The notes under the pieces were generated by a model that made no database searches, was not told the origin of the DNA, and worked only from the letters and a program-made list of their open reading frames with translations. From IMG/VR virus record IMGVR_UViG_3300023216_001509: a stretch of 62,979 nucleotides of DNA, one strand, 5' to 3'. A program made the translations under genes and the position numbers. The stretch is from a virus. Each line of letters begins with the position of its first letter. Within the stretch, counting starts at the first letter, position 1. Shown here in pieces: positions 41,348 to 49,482 of the stretch.

Positions 41348-42476
41348 AGTCCATCCCTGTCAGGAGTTTATTTGCTTCCATTGCATCCTGCCCATAATTA
41401 ACGATCAGGCCCGCGATGTACTTTTCAAATTCTGAAGAATCAACATCGAAGCTCAACGGCGCCAAGTTGCCACTCCACGCTTCCCAGTTGTTCACCCGCT
41501 TCCAGATGTTGCTGAACCACGTCTCTACGAAGTGGCTGGGCGCCGGCAACACGTCCACCAGGTGCCGCAGCAGGTTCCGATGCCGTGTCAGCCGCATCCT
41601 TTCTTGTGGTTCGCTGGCCGTGTTGGGATCGATCAGTTCTGCCTGCTGTATAACTTGATCACGGAACCACCCGTATCCATCCAATGAGACTTGGACAAAC
41701 GCTGGCAGTTGTTGCCCTGCCCCCTTCGGCCAATGCGCCATCAACAACCTCTCCACAACCTTTTCTGCTTCAGGGGTGACGGTGATCTGGGGGTTGTCCC
41801 GTTGCCCACGTTTCATTGCCGCAACCACCCTGTCAAACTTGTCACGGAAGATTTTGGCCGTGTAGCATTTCGGTGTCCATTGGTCACGGTAGTTTTCGCA
41901 GTACCAATCCAAGGCAGCTTCAATCATTTCCTTGGGGATGTTGTCTGCCGTTCGTAATAGTCGGAAGTGATTGGGCCAGGTTTTGGGCAGACGTTGTTTC
42001 TGTTTGTTGGGTGGCAAGGTTGTTTGAAGTTGAAGCGCTGCCGCTTTGTCGAATGGTGCGTGGTGAGTTGTTTCTTCTTCCTCTGGCTCAAATCCAAACC
42101 CGCCAGCGGGATGTGCTTTGTTCTTAACCTTCCCCAAGGGGGAAGGGGGAGGTGGATTGTCCTCCAACTCAGCCGAGGACAACCTGTCCAACTCTACCCG
42201 ACTCCAGACGGTTTCCAAGTACCGCCGGCGCCCGTCGAACTTGACTTGTTTGATGAGGTCTTTGTGTTTCAGTTTACTGATCAATCGGGCGATGTAATCC
42301 GGTCGAACCCCAAGGATTTCTCCGAGGTATTTGTTGGACGCATAGCAGCCCTTTTCTGGTGTGACCAGGGAATCGATCGTCGCCAGCAAGTGAAGTTCCG
42401 TGGCTCCAATTTCCTTGTTCAGGAACATGAACCAGACTGTCGCTGGTATCCAAATCCCTCTGAATTTCGGGTTCAT
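41328..42476 (-). CDS. Replication initiator/organiser candidate with N-terminal winged HTH
   Basis: ASNKYLGEILGVRPDYIARLISKLKHKDLI. Located between the primase and helicase genes. Confidence 0.45.
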   Translation of the reverse strand: MNPKFRGIWIPATVWFMFLNKEIGATELHLLATIDSLVTPEKGCYASNKYLGEILGVRPDYIARLISKLKHKDLIKQVKFDGRRRYLETVWSRVELDRLSSAELEDNPPPPSPLGKVKNKAHPAGGFGFEPEEEETTHHAPFDKAAALQLQTTLPPNKQKQRLPKTWPNHFRLLRTADNIPKEMIEAALDWYCENYRDQWTPKCYTAKIFRDKFDRVVAAMKRGQRDNPQITVTPEAEKVVERLLMAHWPKGAGQQLPAFVQVSLDGYGWFRDQVIQQAELIDPNTASEPQERMRLTRHRNLLRHLVDVLPAPSHFVETWFSNIWKRVNNWEAWSGNLAPLSFDVDSSEFEKYIAGLIVNYGQDAMEANKLLTGMDYEGSKA

Positions 42477-43339
42477 TCCAGGAACCTCCTCAGCTCTTGG
42501 ATTTCCATTTCACTGGCCTCGGCCGCGTCCTTCGCCACGAGTGTCACGTTGTAGGTTTCACCCGGGAACGGTTCTATTAGATCACAGAGTTGCTCTGCTC
42601 TTTTCTGGGCTTGGGTTTCGTTGTCAAAACATATCACTCGCACAGGGTACTTGCTAATCTTTAAGACTTGAGCCTTGGAGAACCCTGTCCCGCATGTTGC
42701 CACCGCTCCCGGGCCAGTCCGCCAAGTATCGAACGGCCCCTCGTGTACGATCACCGCATGCCGACAGAAGTCTTCTCCATAAAGTAATTTCTTGTGATTG
42801 ATTTCCTCGTGGTCTGCTGGCGCTGATAAGTACCGAACGCCCCTGTCCGAAATGGAACGGGTTGTCCACGAAACAACTCGCCCACGGTAATGAATTGGAA
42901 TGAACAACCTCCACGGGAGGCGTGCATGTAATCCGATTCCCCGGACACCCCATAATCGTGACAGGGATTTGAAATCCAGACCACGCCATTTCAAGTAGTT
43001 GATGTGCGCTGGCAGCAACTTGCCGACTCCCGTCGGTAACACTAGGGAACCACGTCTCTCGATGGTGGTTTGGATGGTGGTGCTGTTGAGCCCTTGTGTT
43101 AGCTCACGGATGGCGGCGTGGGTCTTGCCGGTCATTTCAACCAACGTGTCCACGACGCGGTGGGAACCACATTGCCAGCAGTTGACATAGTGAAGGTTCA
43201 GGTTCCACCCAAGATGGAAGCGGTTCGTGTCCCGCCCACAGAACGGACAATCAGTTTGGAGCCAGCCCGGGCGGCAGTGGTGGTGTCCCTCTTTTAAGAA
43301 CTTAACTCCCAGGGACAGGAGCAAGTTATCTAGATTCAA
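42473..43339 (-). CDS. DNA primase (zinc finger plus TOPRIM)
   Basis: CPFCGRD...CWQCGSH, then VIVHEGPFD and VICFDNE. Confidence 0.75.
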   Translation of the reverse strand: MNLDNLLLSLGVKFLKEGHHHCRPGWLQTDCPFCGRDTNRFHLGWNLNLHYVNCWQCGSHRVVDTLVEMTGKTHAAIRELTQGLNSTTIQTTIERRGSLVLPTGVGKLLPAHINYLKWRGLDFKSLSRLWGVRGIGLHARLPWRLFIPIHYRGRVVSWTTRSISDRGVRYLSAPADHEEINHKKLLYGEDFCRHAVIVHEGPFDTWRTGPGAVATCGTGFSKAQVLKISKYPVRVICFDNETQAQKRAEQLCDLIEPFPGETYNVTLVAKDAAEASEMEIQELRRFLE

Positions 43340-43553
43340 GTTGGTTGTCCTTTTTGATGGCTTCCCGCATCAGTTCCACAACCTTGTCCGTCATGGTGAT
43401 ACCACGTCTGGCGCAGTAGGCTTTGAACTGGTCTTTCACTCCCCTTGGGATGTTTCGTAGGAATACGGTGGCGGGTGGCTTAACTGGTTTCACGTGTAAG
43501 TTCCTCCTGAAGTTGATCGAAGATATTGAGCTGCTCATCAATGGTGCCTCCAT
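43326..43553 (-). CDS. Ribbon-helix-helix DNA-binding protein candidate
   Basis: VFLRNIPRGVKDQFKAYCARRGITMTDKVVELMREAI. The true start is probably internal (GTG near 43494). Confidence 0.4.
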   Translation of the reverse strand: MEAPLMSSSISSINFRRNLHVKPVKPPATVFLRNIPRGVKDQFKAYCARRGITMTDKVVELMREAIKKDNQLESR

Positions 43554-44832
43554 CTAGGGTTGCGGATAGAACGGCCTGTTTCTCTTGGATGATTCGGGAC
43601 AACCTTTCCTCAATGGTGTTCACGCCGATCAAGTAATAGCACGTCGACTTGTACTGCTGCCCAATCCGGTGGATGCGGTCTTCGCCCTGAATATGCTCTC
43701 CGGGTGTCCACCCAAGTTCCGCGAACAGGACGGTGGAGGCAGCGGTGAGGGTCAGTCCTATGCCTGCCGCTTGGAGGTTCCCAATGAACAGGCGTGTTCC
43801 CTTGTGGCGTTGGAATTTGTCGACGGAGCGTTGCCGCTTTTTCCCCGTCACCTGCCCAGTCACAGTCACGCAACCCGGATAGCGTTCCTTCAGTTGCTGA
43901 ATGATGTTTTTGTGGATGGCGAACACCACAAGCTTGTCATCTGTTTCTTCCAGAAACGTGTCTATCCAATCCATCACCGCTTTGAGTTTTAGTTCGGCCG
44001 CGAGGCGTTTCAAGTATCCCATTTTGACTAGCCGCTGGGCGCGGGCAGCAGAGGTCGCCTTCTGTTTGGAATACTTGGACAGCCACAAGATCAAGTCCTC
44101 CTCGGCCTCGTCGTATTCCTTTCGGTTTTCCAAGGGGACAGGAACCGCGTGCCTTGCCTTCGCCGGCAGGTCTTTCAACACGTCCACCTTCCGCCGGCGC
44201 ACCATACAATTCGTGATGAGGATTTCATGGAGTTCGGGTAGGTTCCGAGCGCCCTTGTATTCCCAGCCCCACGGTTTCCGCTGGGCGGCACAATACTCAA
44301 GGGCGTAACTCATGAACGACTTGAACAAGTCCGGGCGGATGATGTTTAGAGTTGTCCATAACTCGGCGGGGCGGTTGGTAAGAGGTGTCCCAGACAACGC
44401 CAACACGTGAGGCACTGACTTGCACAGTTGCTTCACGTAGCGTGTCCGCTTGGCCTGCCTGTTTTTGATGTACTGGCACTCGTCCAAGATTACCAACTTG
44501 GGTTCCAAGTCCACCAGGTATTCCAACCAAGGGCCGAGGATTTCGTAATTGATAATCACGAAGGGGTTTTGCTTGAAGACCTTTTTCTTCGGCGGCTTGG
44601 TTCCCTCCAGGATTTCGGCTCGCTCCTTGATGTGGACTGCCGCTTCCCTTGCCCAGTTGTACTTGAGCGAGGCAGGGCAGATGACCACAACGGGCGACAT
44701 CTTATTGCGTTTGAAATAGTAGAGGGCTTGGATGGTCTTGCCCAGTCCCATTTCATCTGCCAGCAGGACACGGCCACCGAGCTTCTCCAGTTGTAGCACG
44801 CCTCTCTTCTGGTAGCGATAAAGTTTGGTCAT
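43480..44832 (-). CDS. SNF2-family helicase/translocase
   Basis: ADEMGLGKT, LILDECQYIKN, LSGTPLTNRPAELW, HRIGQ. The ATG at 44832 follows GGAGGTGG and forms an ATGA overlap. Confidence 0.85.
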   Translation of the reverse strand: MTKLYRYQKRGVLQLEKLGGRVLLADEMGLGKTIQALYYFKRNKMSPVVVICPASLKYNWAREAAVHIKERAEILEGTKPPKKKVFKQNPFVIINYEILGPWLEYLVDLEPKLVILDECQYIKNRQAKRTRYVKQLCKSVPHVLALSGTPLTNRPAELWTTLNIIRPDLFKSFMSYALEYCAAQRKPWGWEYKGARNLPELHEILITNCMVRRRKVDVLKDLPAKARHAVPVPLENRKEYDEAEEDLILWLSKYSKQKATSAARAQRLVKMGYLKRLAAELKLKAVMDWIDTFLEETDDKLVVFAIHKNIIQQLKERYPGCVTVTGQVTGKKRQRSVDKFQRHKGTRLFIGNLQAAGIGLTLTAASTVLFAELGWTPGEHIQGEDRIHRIGQQYKSTCYYLIGVNTIEERLSRIIQEKQAVLSATLDGGTIDEQLNIFDQLQEELTRETS

Positions 44833-45362
44833 GCCACCTCCTTCAGGATGGTAATTATTTCGGCGAAACACGCCTTGGTTTCTTCCGGTGTCCACTTATA
44901 CTCGGTCGCCAGGATTTCCTTCAGGGCTGCTTTCCCATCACGGCAACTGTCCGGAACATCTCTCCGGGTGGCGACGAGCTTGACGATCAGCCGGGCGCCT
45001 TTACTTAGTTCCCGAACAGCGCAGAAGTCCTCGAGGTCGAACTCAACTTGGATGGGGGCGGTTGCCGCCTCCAAGACACCCACGTCCTCCCGTGGTAGCA
45101 GGACGAGGTGCTGCTGTCGCACGCGCACTTCATCCTTCAGCTTCCACCAGATAAGTTGCCTCACCCAAGTGGTGAACTTCATGCCCTTGCCTTCGGTGTA
45201 TCGATCGTAAGCGGCGATGAAGATTTCTTGGGCGTAAGAGAACAAATCCTGGTAGTCCCCGCCATACTGTTTCTGAAAGTCGTGGCAGGTTTTGTGAATG
45301 AGCAGTTGCACGTCAGCGTATGTTTCCGCAAGTGCATCGCGGCGCATGGTCTTTGCCTTCAT
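44829..45362 (-). CDS. Sigma-70 family (ECF-like) sigma factor
   Basis: Region 2-like DLFSYAQEIFIAAYDRYTEGKGMKFTTWVRQLIWWKLKDEVR. Region 4-like LSKGARLIVKLV...LKEILATEYKWTPEETKACFAEI. Confidence 0.6.
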   Translation of the reverse strand: MKAKTMRRDALAETYADVQLLIHKTCHDFQKQYGGDYQDLFSYAQEIFIAAYDRYTEGKGMKFTTWVRQLIWWKLKDEVRVRQQHLVLLPREDVGVLEAATAPIQVEFDLEDFCAVRELSKGARLIVKLVATRRDVPDSCRDGKAALKEILATEYKWTPEETKACFAEIITILKEVA

Positions 45363-45412
45363 GGCTTTGGTCTCCATTTGAAGTGGCGCTTCGTGAATTG
45401 GTATTTTACCAC

Positions 45413-45430
45413 GTCCAACAAATGTTGGAC
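45413..45430. promoter_or_regulatory. Operator-like palindrome upstream of the sigma gene
   Basis: gtccaac-aaat-gttggac, between the terminator and the sigma factor RBS. Confidence 0.4.
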
Positions 45431-45435
45431 AGCAG

Positions 45436-45474
45436 TATAAAAAGGAACCCTCCCGAGGGATGTCCCCGGGAGGG
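45436..45474 (-). terminator. Rho-independent terminator after the DUF932 gene
   Basis: On the minus strand, a CCCUCCCG...CGGGAGGG stem is followed by UUCCUUUUUAUA. Confidence 0.65.
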
Positions 45475-45487
45475 CGCCGGCCAGGTT

Positions 45488-46222
45488 TTAGTTAGCGGAG
45501 AAACAGTCCCTCGCGTTTGGGAGCAATGCCCTGAACCGATTCATCTGGTTCATCTGCTCGATGGGCGGGTTGCGCTTCACGGTGTGCGTGAACGCATTGA
45601 GCAGCGCCCAACTTGTGTCACGTCCGTGCTCGGCGAAGGTGGGGTTGCGGTACTCTTTGTCCACAGCACCAATTCGCGACCAAGGCATGAGTCGGTTTCG
45701 GCCCGCTTCCATCAAAATCTCGTCAGCCTGAGCTGGACGAAGTTTGTTGTTGCGGAGGTCTTCCACCACCTCGTTGATGCCGCGTGCCTTGGCGACATAC
45801 TGGTCAAGGGCTGCTTCAATTTCCCCGAACAGCTGAAAGCCATGAGTATGCTTCCGCTGCATGACGATCTCGCCTGTTGCCATCCCGTTGTTACAGACGA
45901 CGACGTTGGTTCCCACAACCAGCAGCAACGAGCGCCGCATCATGTTGGAGGTGAGGAACCCAAGGGACAACTCCTGCCCCTCCGGCGCGTCCAGTCCCTT
46001 GATGTCCAAAGTGAACGCCCCGGCGAGGTCTGCCTTGTCCTTGGACACAGCAAAGCGCTGGCCCTTGATAACCCAACCACGGGTTCCGATTTCATCAACC
46101 AGTGCCGATGCTAATGCACCATGCGGTATCCCTTGCCAGTACGCGCCGGCCTTGGCTGGGCGCTGCAGGGGGATGCGGTTCAGGTCGGCGAGGGACGTGT
46201 TGGCTCCGTAAACAGTAATCAT
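45488..46222 (-). CDS. DUF932-family protein
   Basis: LLLVVGTNVVVCNNGM...TSWALLNAFTHTVK pattern typical of DUF932 proteins of phages, plasmids and ICEs. Confidence 0.55.
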   Translation of the reverse strand: MITVYGANTSLADLNRIPLQRPAKAGAYWQGIPHGALASALVDEIGTRGWVIKGQRFAVSKDKADLAGAFTLDIKGLDAPEGQELSLGFLTSNMMRRSLLLVVGTNVVVCNNGMATGEIVMQRKHTHGFQLFGEIEAALDQYVAKARGINEVVEDLRNNKLRPAQADEILMEAGRNRLMPWSRIGAVDKEYRNPTFAEHGRDTSWALLNAFTHTVKRNPPIEQMNQMNRFRALLPNARDCFSAN

Positions 46223-46265
46223 CAGATTCTCCTTGAAGTGAAATGGTCAAAGTTTGTTGGTCTAC

Positions 46266-46279
46266 AATATACTCGGAAC
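46266..46279 (-). promoter_or_regulatory. CCGAGTATA-box promoter-like element (copy 3)
   Basis: Minus strand reads GTTCCGAGTATATT, 44 nt upstream of the ATG at 46222. Confidence 0.4.
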
Positions 46280-46291
46280 AAAGATTTGAAA

Positions 46292-46846
46292 TTATTCGGA
46301 GGCCCGTTCCAATGCCCTCCCCTCTGCCTCGGTCAGGGGCGCGACCTTGCCCATCTTCATCGTGTCCCAATCGTGGTCGCTTACCATGCGCGCCCCAGCC
46401 TTGAGCTGAAGCTTGATTGTGACGTCACTGATTTTGTAATTTTCGGAAACGGTACAGATGGCAATGGTGGCGTCTTCAACTCGGTCGGCCCACCCGTTTG
46501 CTCCCATCCAACGAAGGACGGCGCAGACACTATATCCGAACGCCTTGGCTCGGACAGGTTTGGTTCCGCTGCCCTTCTTCTTGCCCATTCGGGCAACGAT
46601 GTCTGCCGGCAGGGACAGGGTCTCCACATCGTACGAAAGTTGATTTCCATCAACTAGGTGAACCCCACGCTTGGCCATGGCGACCGTCAGGTCGGCACGC
46701 CACTGCTTCCAGATGCGCTGGGCATCGTGGACGTGTTTCTCGCTCAGGTTCATTCGCTCGGCTACCGACTCAATTGTGACGCATTCTTGGTCGGCCAGGA
46801 TTGCCAACTCGTTTGATTCCTTGGAAAATTCTGGGTTCGCTTTCAT
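46292..46846 (-). CDS. Hypothetical early protein with MKANPEF N-terminus and one LRWMG-type domain
   Basis: ATG at 46846 lies behind the conserved leader. Contains FGYSVCAVLRWMGANGW...VTIKLQLKAG. Confidence 0.5.
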   Translation of the reverse strand: MKANPEFSKESNELAILADQECVTIESVAERMNLSEKHVHDAQRIWKQWRADLTVAMAKRGVHLVDGNQLSYDVETLSLPADIVARMGKKKGSGTKPVRAKAFGYSVCAVLRWMGANGWADRVEDATIAICTVSENYKISDVTIKLQLKAGARMVSDHDWDTMKMGKVAPLTEAEGRALERASE

Positions 46847-46880
46847 GGTCTGGTCTCCTTGGTTGAGGTTGGTGTTGGTG
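46847..46880 (-). promoter_or_regulatory. Conserved CA-rich leader/SD cassette
   Basis: Minus strand reads CACCAACACCAACCUCAACCAAGGAGACCAGACC-ATG. Confidence 0.7.
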
Positions 46881-46931
46881 TGCATCAATCTCCCCTCGCC
46901 CGCTTGTGGGCGAGGGGGTGGTGGCGAACAC
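46880..46931 (-). other. Conserved post-stop hairpin element (copy Y)
   Basis: Minus strand reads GUGUUCGCCACCAC-CCCCUCGCCC-ACAAGC-GGGCGAGGGG-AGAUUGAUGCACAC. Confidence 0.6.
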
Positions 46932-47327
46932 CTATGCGCCGTTGATCAGTGCCAGCTTGGCAGCAATCGAATCGGCACCGAACTTGAAAGCCTTGCCGGA
47001 GCGGACTTCCGTGGCAGAGATGGGGTACTTGCGTCGACGCGACTTCAGTCCCGTGATGACGAACAGGTTCCCACGGCTGTTGAACTCCTTGCCAAGGTCT
47101 GACGGCTGCAGTCCGTAGCTGGCTGCATGCCGCTTGAAGTCCTCGGCCTCTTGGGAAAAGACTTCCCCGTCCTCGGACACTTCGCTACCCACGACTTTGA
47201 AGGTGGCGGTGTTGTCCGTGTAACTGACACTCCCCATTTCAAACTTCATTCCAGTGGCCTCTTCGATGGTTCGCAGGGCCGCTTCAATTCGCAACTTGAC
47301 GCTCGTGATGTAAACTCTGTCGATCAT
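46932..47327 (-). CDS. Hypothetical 131-aa early protein
   Basis: RBS GGGAGACC. Confidence 0.5.
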   Translation of the reverse strand: MIDRVYITSVKLRIEAALRTIEEATGMKFEMGSVSYTDNTATFKVVGSEVSEDGEVFSQEAEDFKRHAASYGLQPSDLGKEFNSRGNLFVITGLKSRRRKYPISATEVRSGKAFKFGADSIAAKLALINGA

Positions 47328-47359
47328 TGTGGTCTCCCGAAAAGTGGTTAAGTGCTGAT

Positions 47360-47409
47360 GGTCTCATCAGGCCCGGAACAACCGGACGACCCCCGAAGGG
47401 GTTTCGACC
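47360..47409 (-). ncRNA. Type II hammerhead ribozyme motif (copy B)
   Basis: Minus strand reads GGUC-GAAA-CCCC(UUCG)GGGG-UC / GUCCGG(UUGUU)CCGGGC-CUGAUGA-GACC. It begins at the last base of the upstream stop codon. Confidence 0.8.
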
Positions 47410-47720
47410 TACTCCTCGGTTTCCAGCAGCATGAACTCGTAGAGGATTGCTTCAAGTCTTGCCAGCCCTTCGATGGTCTTGTCGGCAAGGTAATCCTCGG
47501 AGTGCAGGACGAGGTAATAGCTGTCCACGTTTTCCTCGATCGTCCAGCCCTCACCGTAGACAAGCACGGCCACTGCCTCGCTGTCGAACACGCCGAGGCC
47601 ATCCCACGGCCCGTCAGCGTTGCGGATTACAGTTGCCCTGAAAGCATTGAAGTTAACCAGGTGATTTAGGATGTTGAATTTGAAAGGGCGGAAAATCTCA
47701 TCATGTTTGGTTGTGGTCAT
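47409..47720 (-). CDS. Hypothetical 103-aa early protein (first gene after promoter PL2)
   Basis: ATG at 47720 lies behind a leader variant (CAACCAAGGAAACCAAGACG-ATG). Confidence 0.5.
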   Translation of the reverse strand: MTTTKHDEIFRPFKFNILNHLVNFNAFRATVIRNADGPWDGLGVFDSEAVAVLVYGEGWTIEENVDSYYLVLHSEDYLADKTIEGLARLEAILYEFMLLETEE

Positions 47721-47762
47721 CGTCTTGGTTTCCTTGGTTGAAGTTGGTGTCCTTGTCCATGT

Positions 47763-47791
47763 AATATATCGGCTGTCTAAAACCACGTCTA
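47763..47791 (-). promoter_or_regulatory. Sigma70-like promoter PL2 (TAGACG-17 nt-TATATT)
   Basis: Shares the TAGACAGCCGATATATTACATGGACAAG core with PL1 and PL3. Confidence 0.6.
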
Positions 47792-47854
47792 TCCCTTTTC
47801 CCTTGATTTTCTTGGGTTTTCGTTTGCCCCCTTATTTTCGTATCCGAATTGAAA

Positions 47855-47883
47855 TTGGTTGGGAAGTGGGGTGGTGTTATAAT
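47855..47883 (+). promoter_or_regulatory. Rightward promoter TTGGTT-17 nt-(TGt)TATAAT
   Basis: Perfect extended -10 (tgttataat) 40 nt upstream of the ATG at 47923. Divergent from PL2. Confidence 0.6.
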
Positions 47884-47922
47884 GGGAGGACAAACCATTC
47901 CCCCAACACAAGGAGCCACCCA

Positions 47923-48471
47923 ATGGCCAAAGAGTTGAAGGCCGAATTGATCTTGGATGTAAAGTGGACGCACACTGACCAGCCAGACAGCGCCATTGAT
48001 CCAGTCAGCGCCCCCAAGATTATTGATTCAAATAAAGCTAGCCTGCGGAGTACGTTGGAGGACGGGACGGACGCGCCGGCGGAGAACGAGGATACCTGCC
48101 GGTTGTCCTACCACGATATCCGAAGGTTGCCAGCAAGTGCTACTGAGGAATTTGATTTATATGGCGGGCTGGTGGACGTGTTCGGCGCGACGATTAACTT
48201 CACCACCGTTCGGTCGTTCTGCATTATTAACCGCAATGAATCATCGAAGGTGAACAACATCTTGGAAATCGGTGGGGCCACGAACGCATGGGCAACGTGG
48301 GCCGGGCATTCATCGGACACAATCAAAATCGGCCCAGGTGGGGCTGTCACGATGTGGAACCCGTCGGCGGCTGGGTTTGTGGTTACTAACTCAACAGGCG
48401 ACAAATTGAAAGTCGTCAACACCGGCGGCGACGACACCCTAGAATATCAAATTACCATCATTGGAGATTAA
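47923..48471 (+). CDS. Hypothetical 182-aa protein
   Basis: ATG at 47923 follows AAGGAG. Beta-rich sequence, no family recognised. Confidence 0.5.
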   Translation: MAKELKAELILDVKWTHTDQPDSAIDPVSAPKIIDSNKASLRSTLEDGTDAPAENEDTCRLSYHDIRRLPASATEEFDLYGGLVDVFGATINFTTVRSFCIINRNESSKVNNILEIGGATNAWATWAGHSSDTIKIGPGGAVTMWNPSAAGFVVTNSTGDKLKVVNTGGDDTLEYQITIIGD

Positions 48472-48501
48472 AGGGATACGGGAACCAGGGAAGGAACAAC
48501 A

Positions 48502-48771
48502 ATGAAAATTCTCAAGATGCTTTCGGTGGCGCTCCTCGTCGCGGCGGTGGTCGTGCTGGGTGTTAGCCAGTTCCGGATAATGAAGGAACTGGACAAGTAC
48601 AAGCGCGGTCTGCTTCATAGCTATCAGCAGTCGTCTGAGACGCAAATGATGATGCAGATGTTTTTCGATATGGCTCCAGCCGAGATGGAACGTATTTCTC
48701 GGCAGGTGATTCGTGAGGAGCTTGGGCGCCCGTCGGAACCGGACGACCACAACATCACGCTCAGTGATTAA
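48502..48771 (+). CDS. Signal-anchored small membrane protein (lysis-cassette candidate)
   Basis: N-terminal MKILKMLSVALLVAAVVVLGV. Confidence 0.45.
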   Translation: MKILKMLSVALLVAAVVVLGVSQFRIMKELDKYKRGLLHSYQQSSETQMMMQMFFDMAPAEMERISRQVIREELGRPSEPDDHNITLSD

Positions 48772-48834
48772 GCTCTAAGCCAGGTTCCCAATTTGTGATA
48801 GAGATATCGAATCACAAATGGAAGGAGGAGAGAA

Positions 48835-49476
48835 ATGGTAACAAGAAGAACATTCATCAACTTGAGTGCGGCTGCTCTGGTGGGGATGGGGTTGGTGCCG
48901 GCGAGTGATGTCGATGGTGGCCTGTTCAAGTGGCGCCCGTGTCCATATTGTGATGTCGAAACTGTTCCTGCTTTGGCTGCTCGGCAGCGGGCGTATTGGG
49001 CTCGGCGGCATTTGAGGTATCACATGGCTGGGCGGGATTTGTACGACATGACCCGGGAGGTCTGGGACAAGGAATTTCGATTGGCATTTGACGCTTGGTC
49101 GGAGGTAACACCACTGACGTTTGAGCAAGTGGGTGTGACTGGTGAATTTGATATCATCATTGCCGTGGGCAACAACCGCCGGCAAGGGTTCGGTCGGGTT
49201 GGTAGGACACTGGCTTGGGCGCAGTTACCCCCATCCAAGAATTATGATGGGGTGCTGCTAACGAAATTTGATTTGGCAGAAAATTGGATACTCCCAGGGA
49301 CGGATGAGTTTGGTGTTGTCCTTCGGTCGGTGGCGTGTCACGAGATTGGCCACTTGCTGGGGTTGAACCATTCACGCGACCCAGAGGCGTTGATGTTTCC
49401 GTATATCAACAACGCACTGGCGCCCAGGGCAGACGACATCCAGAGGATTCAGCAACTTTATGGGGGGCCGATATAG
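48835..49476 (+). CDS. Matrixin-type (M10) zinc metalloprotease with twin-arginine signal peptide
   Basis: MVTRRTFINLSAAALVGMG (Tat motif). VACHEIGHLLGLNHSRDPEALMFPY (HExxHxxGxxH plus Met-turn). DDIQRIQQLYG. Confidence 0.85.
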   Translation: MVTRRTFINLSAAALVGMGLVPASDVDGGLFKWRPCPYCDVETVPALAARQRAYWARRHLRYHMAGRDLYDMTREVWDKEFRLAFDAWSEVTPLTFEQVGVTGEFDIIIAVGNNRRQGFGRVGRTLAWAQLPPSKNYDGVLLTKFDLAENWILPGTDEFGVVLRSVACHEIGHLLGLNHSRDPEALMFPYINNALAPRADDIQRIQQLYGGPI

Positions 49477-49482
49477 GTGGAC

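Noticed and set aside
46219-46225. CUGAUGA on the minus strand as a third hammerhead core
   Set aside because: It is simply the RBS-spacer-AUG of gene 45488..46222 (aaggagaaucugAUGauu). There is no GAAA or stem arrangement around it. The CTGATGA at 36803-36809 is likewise inside csrA, on the antisense strand.
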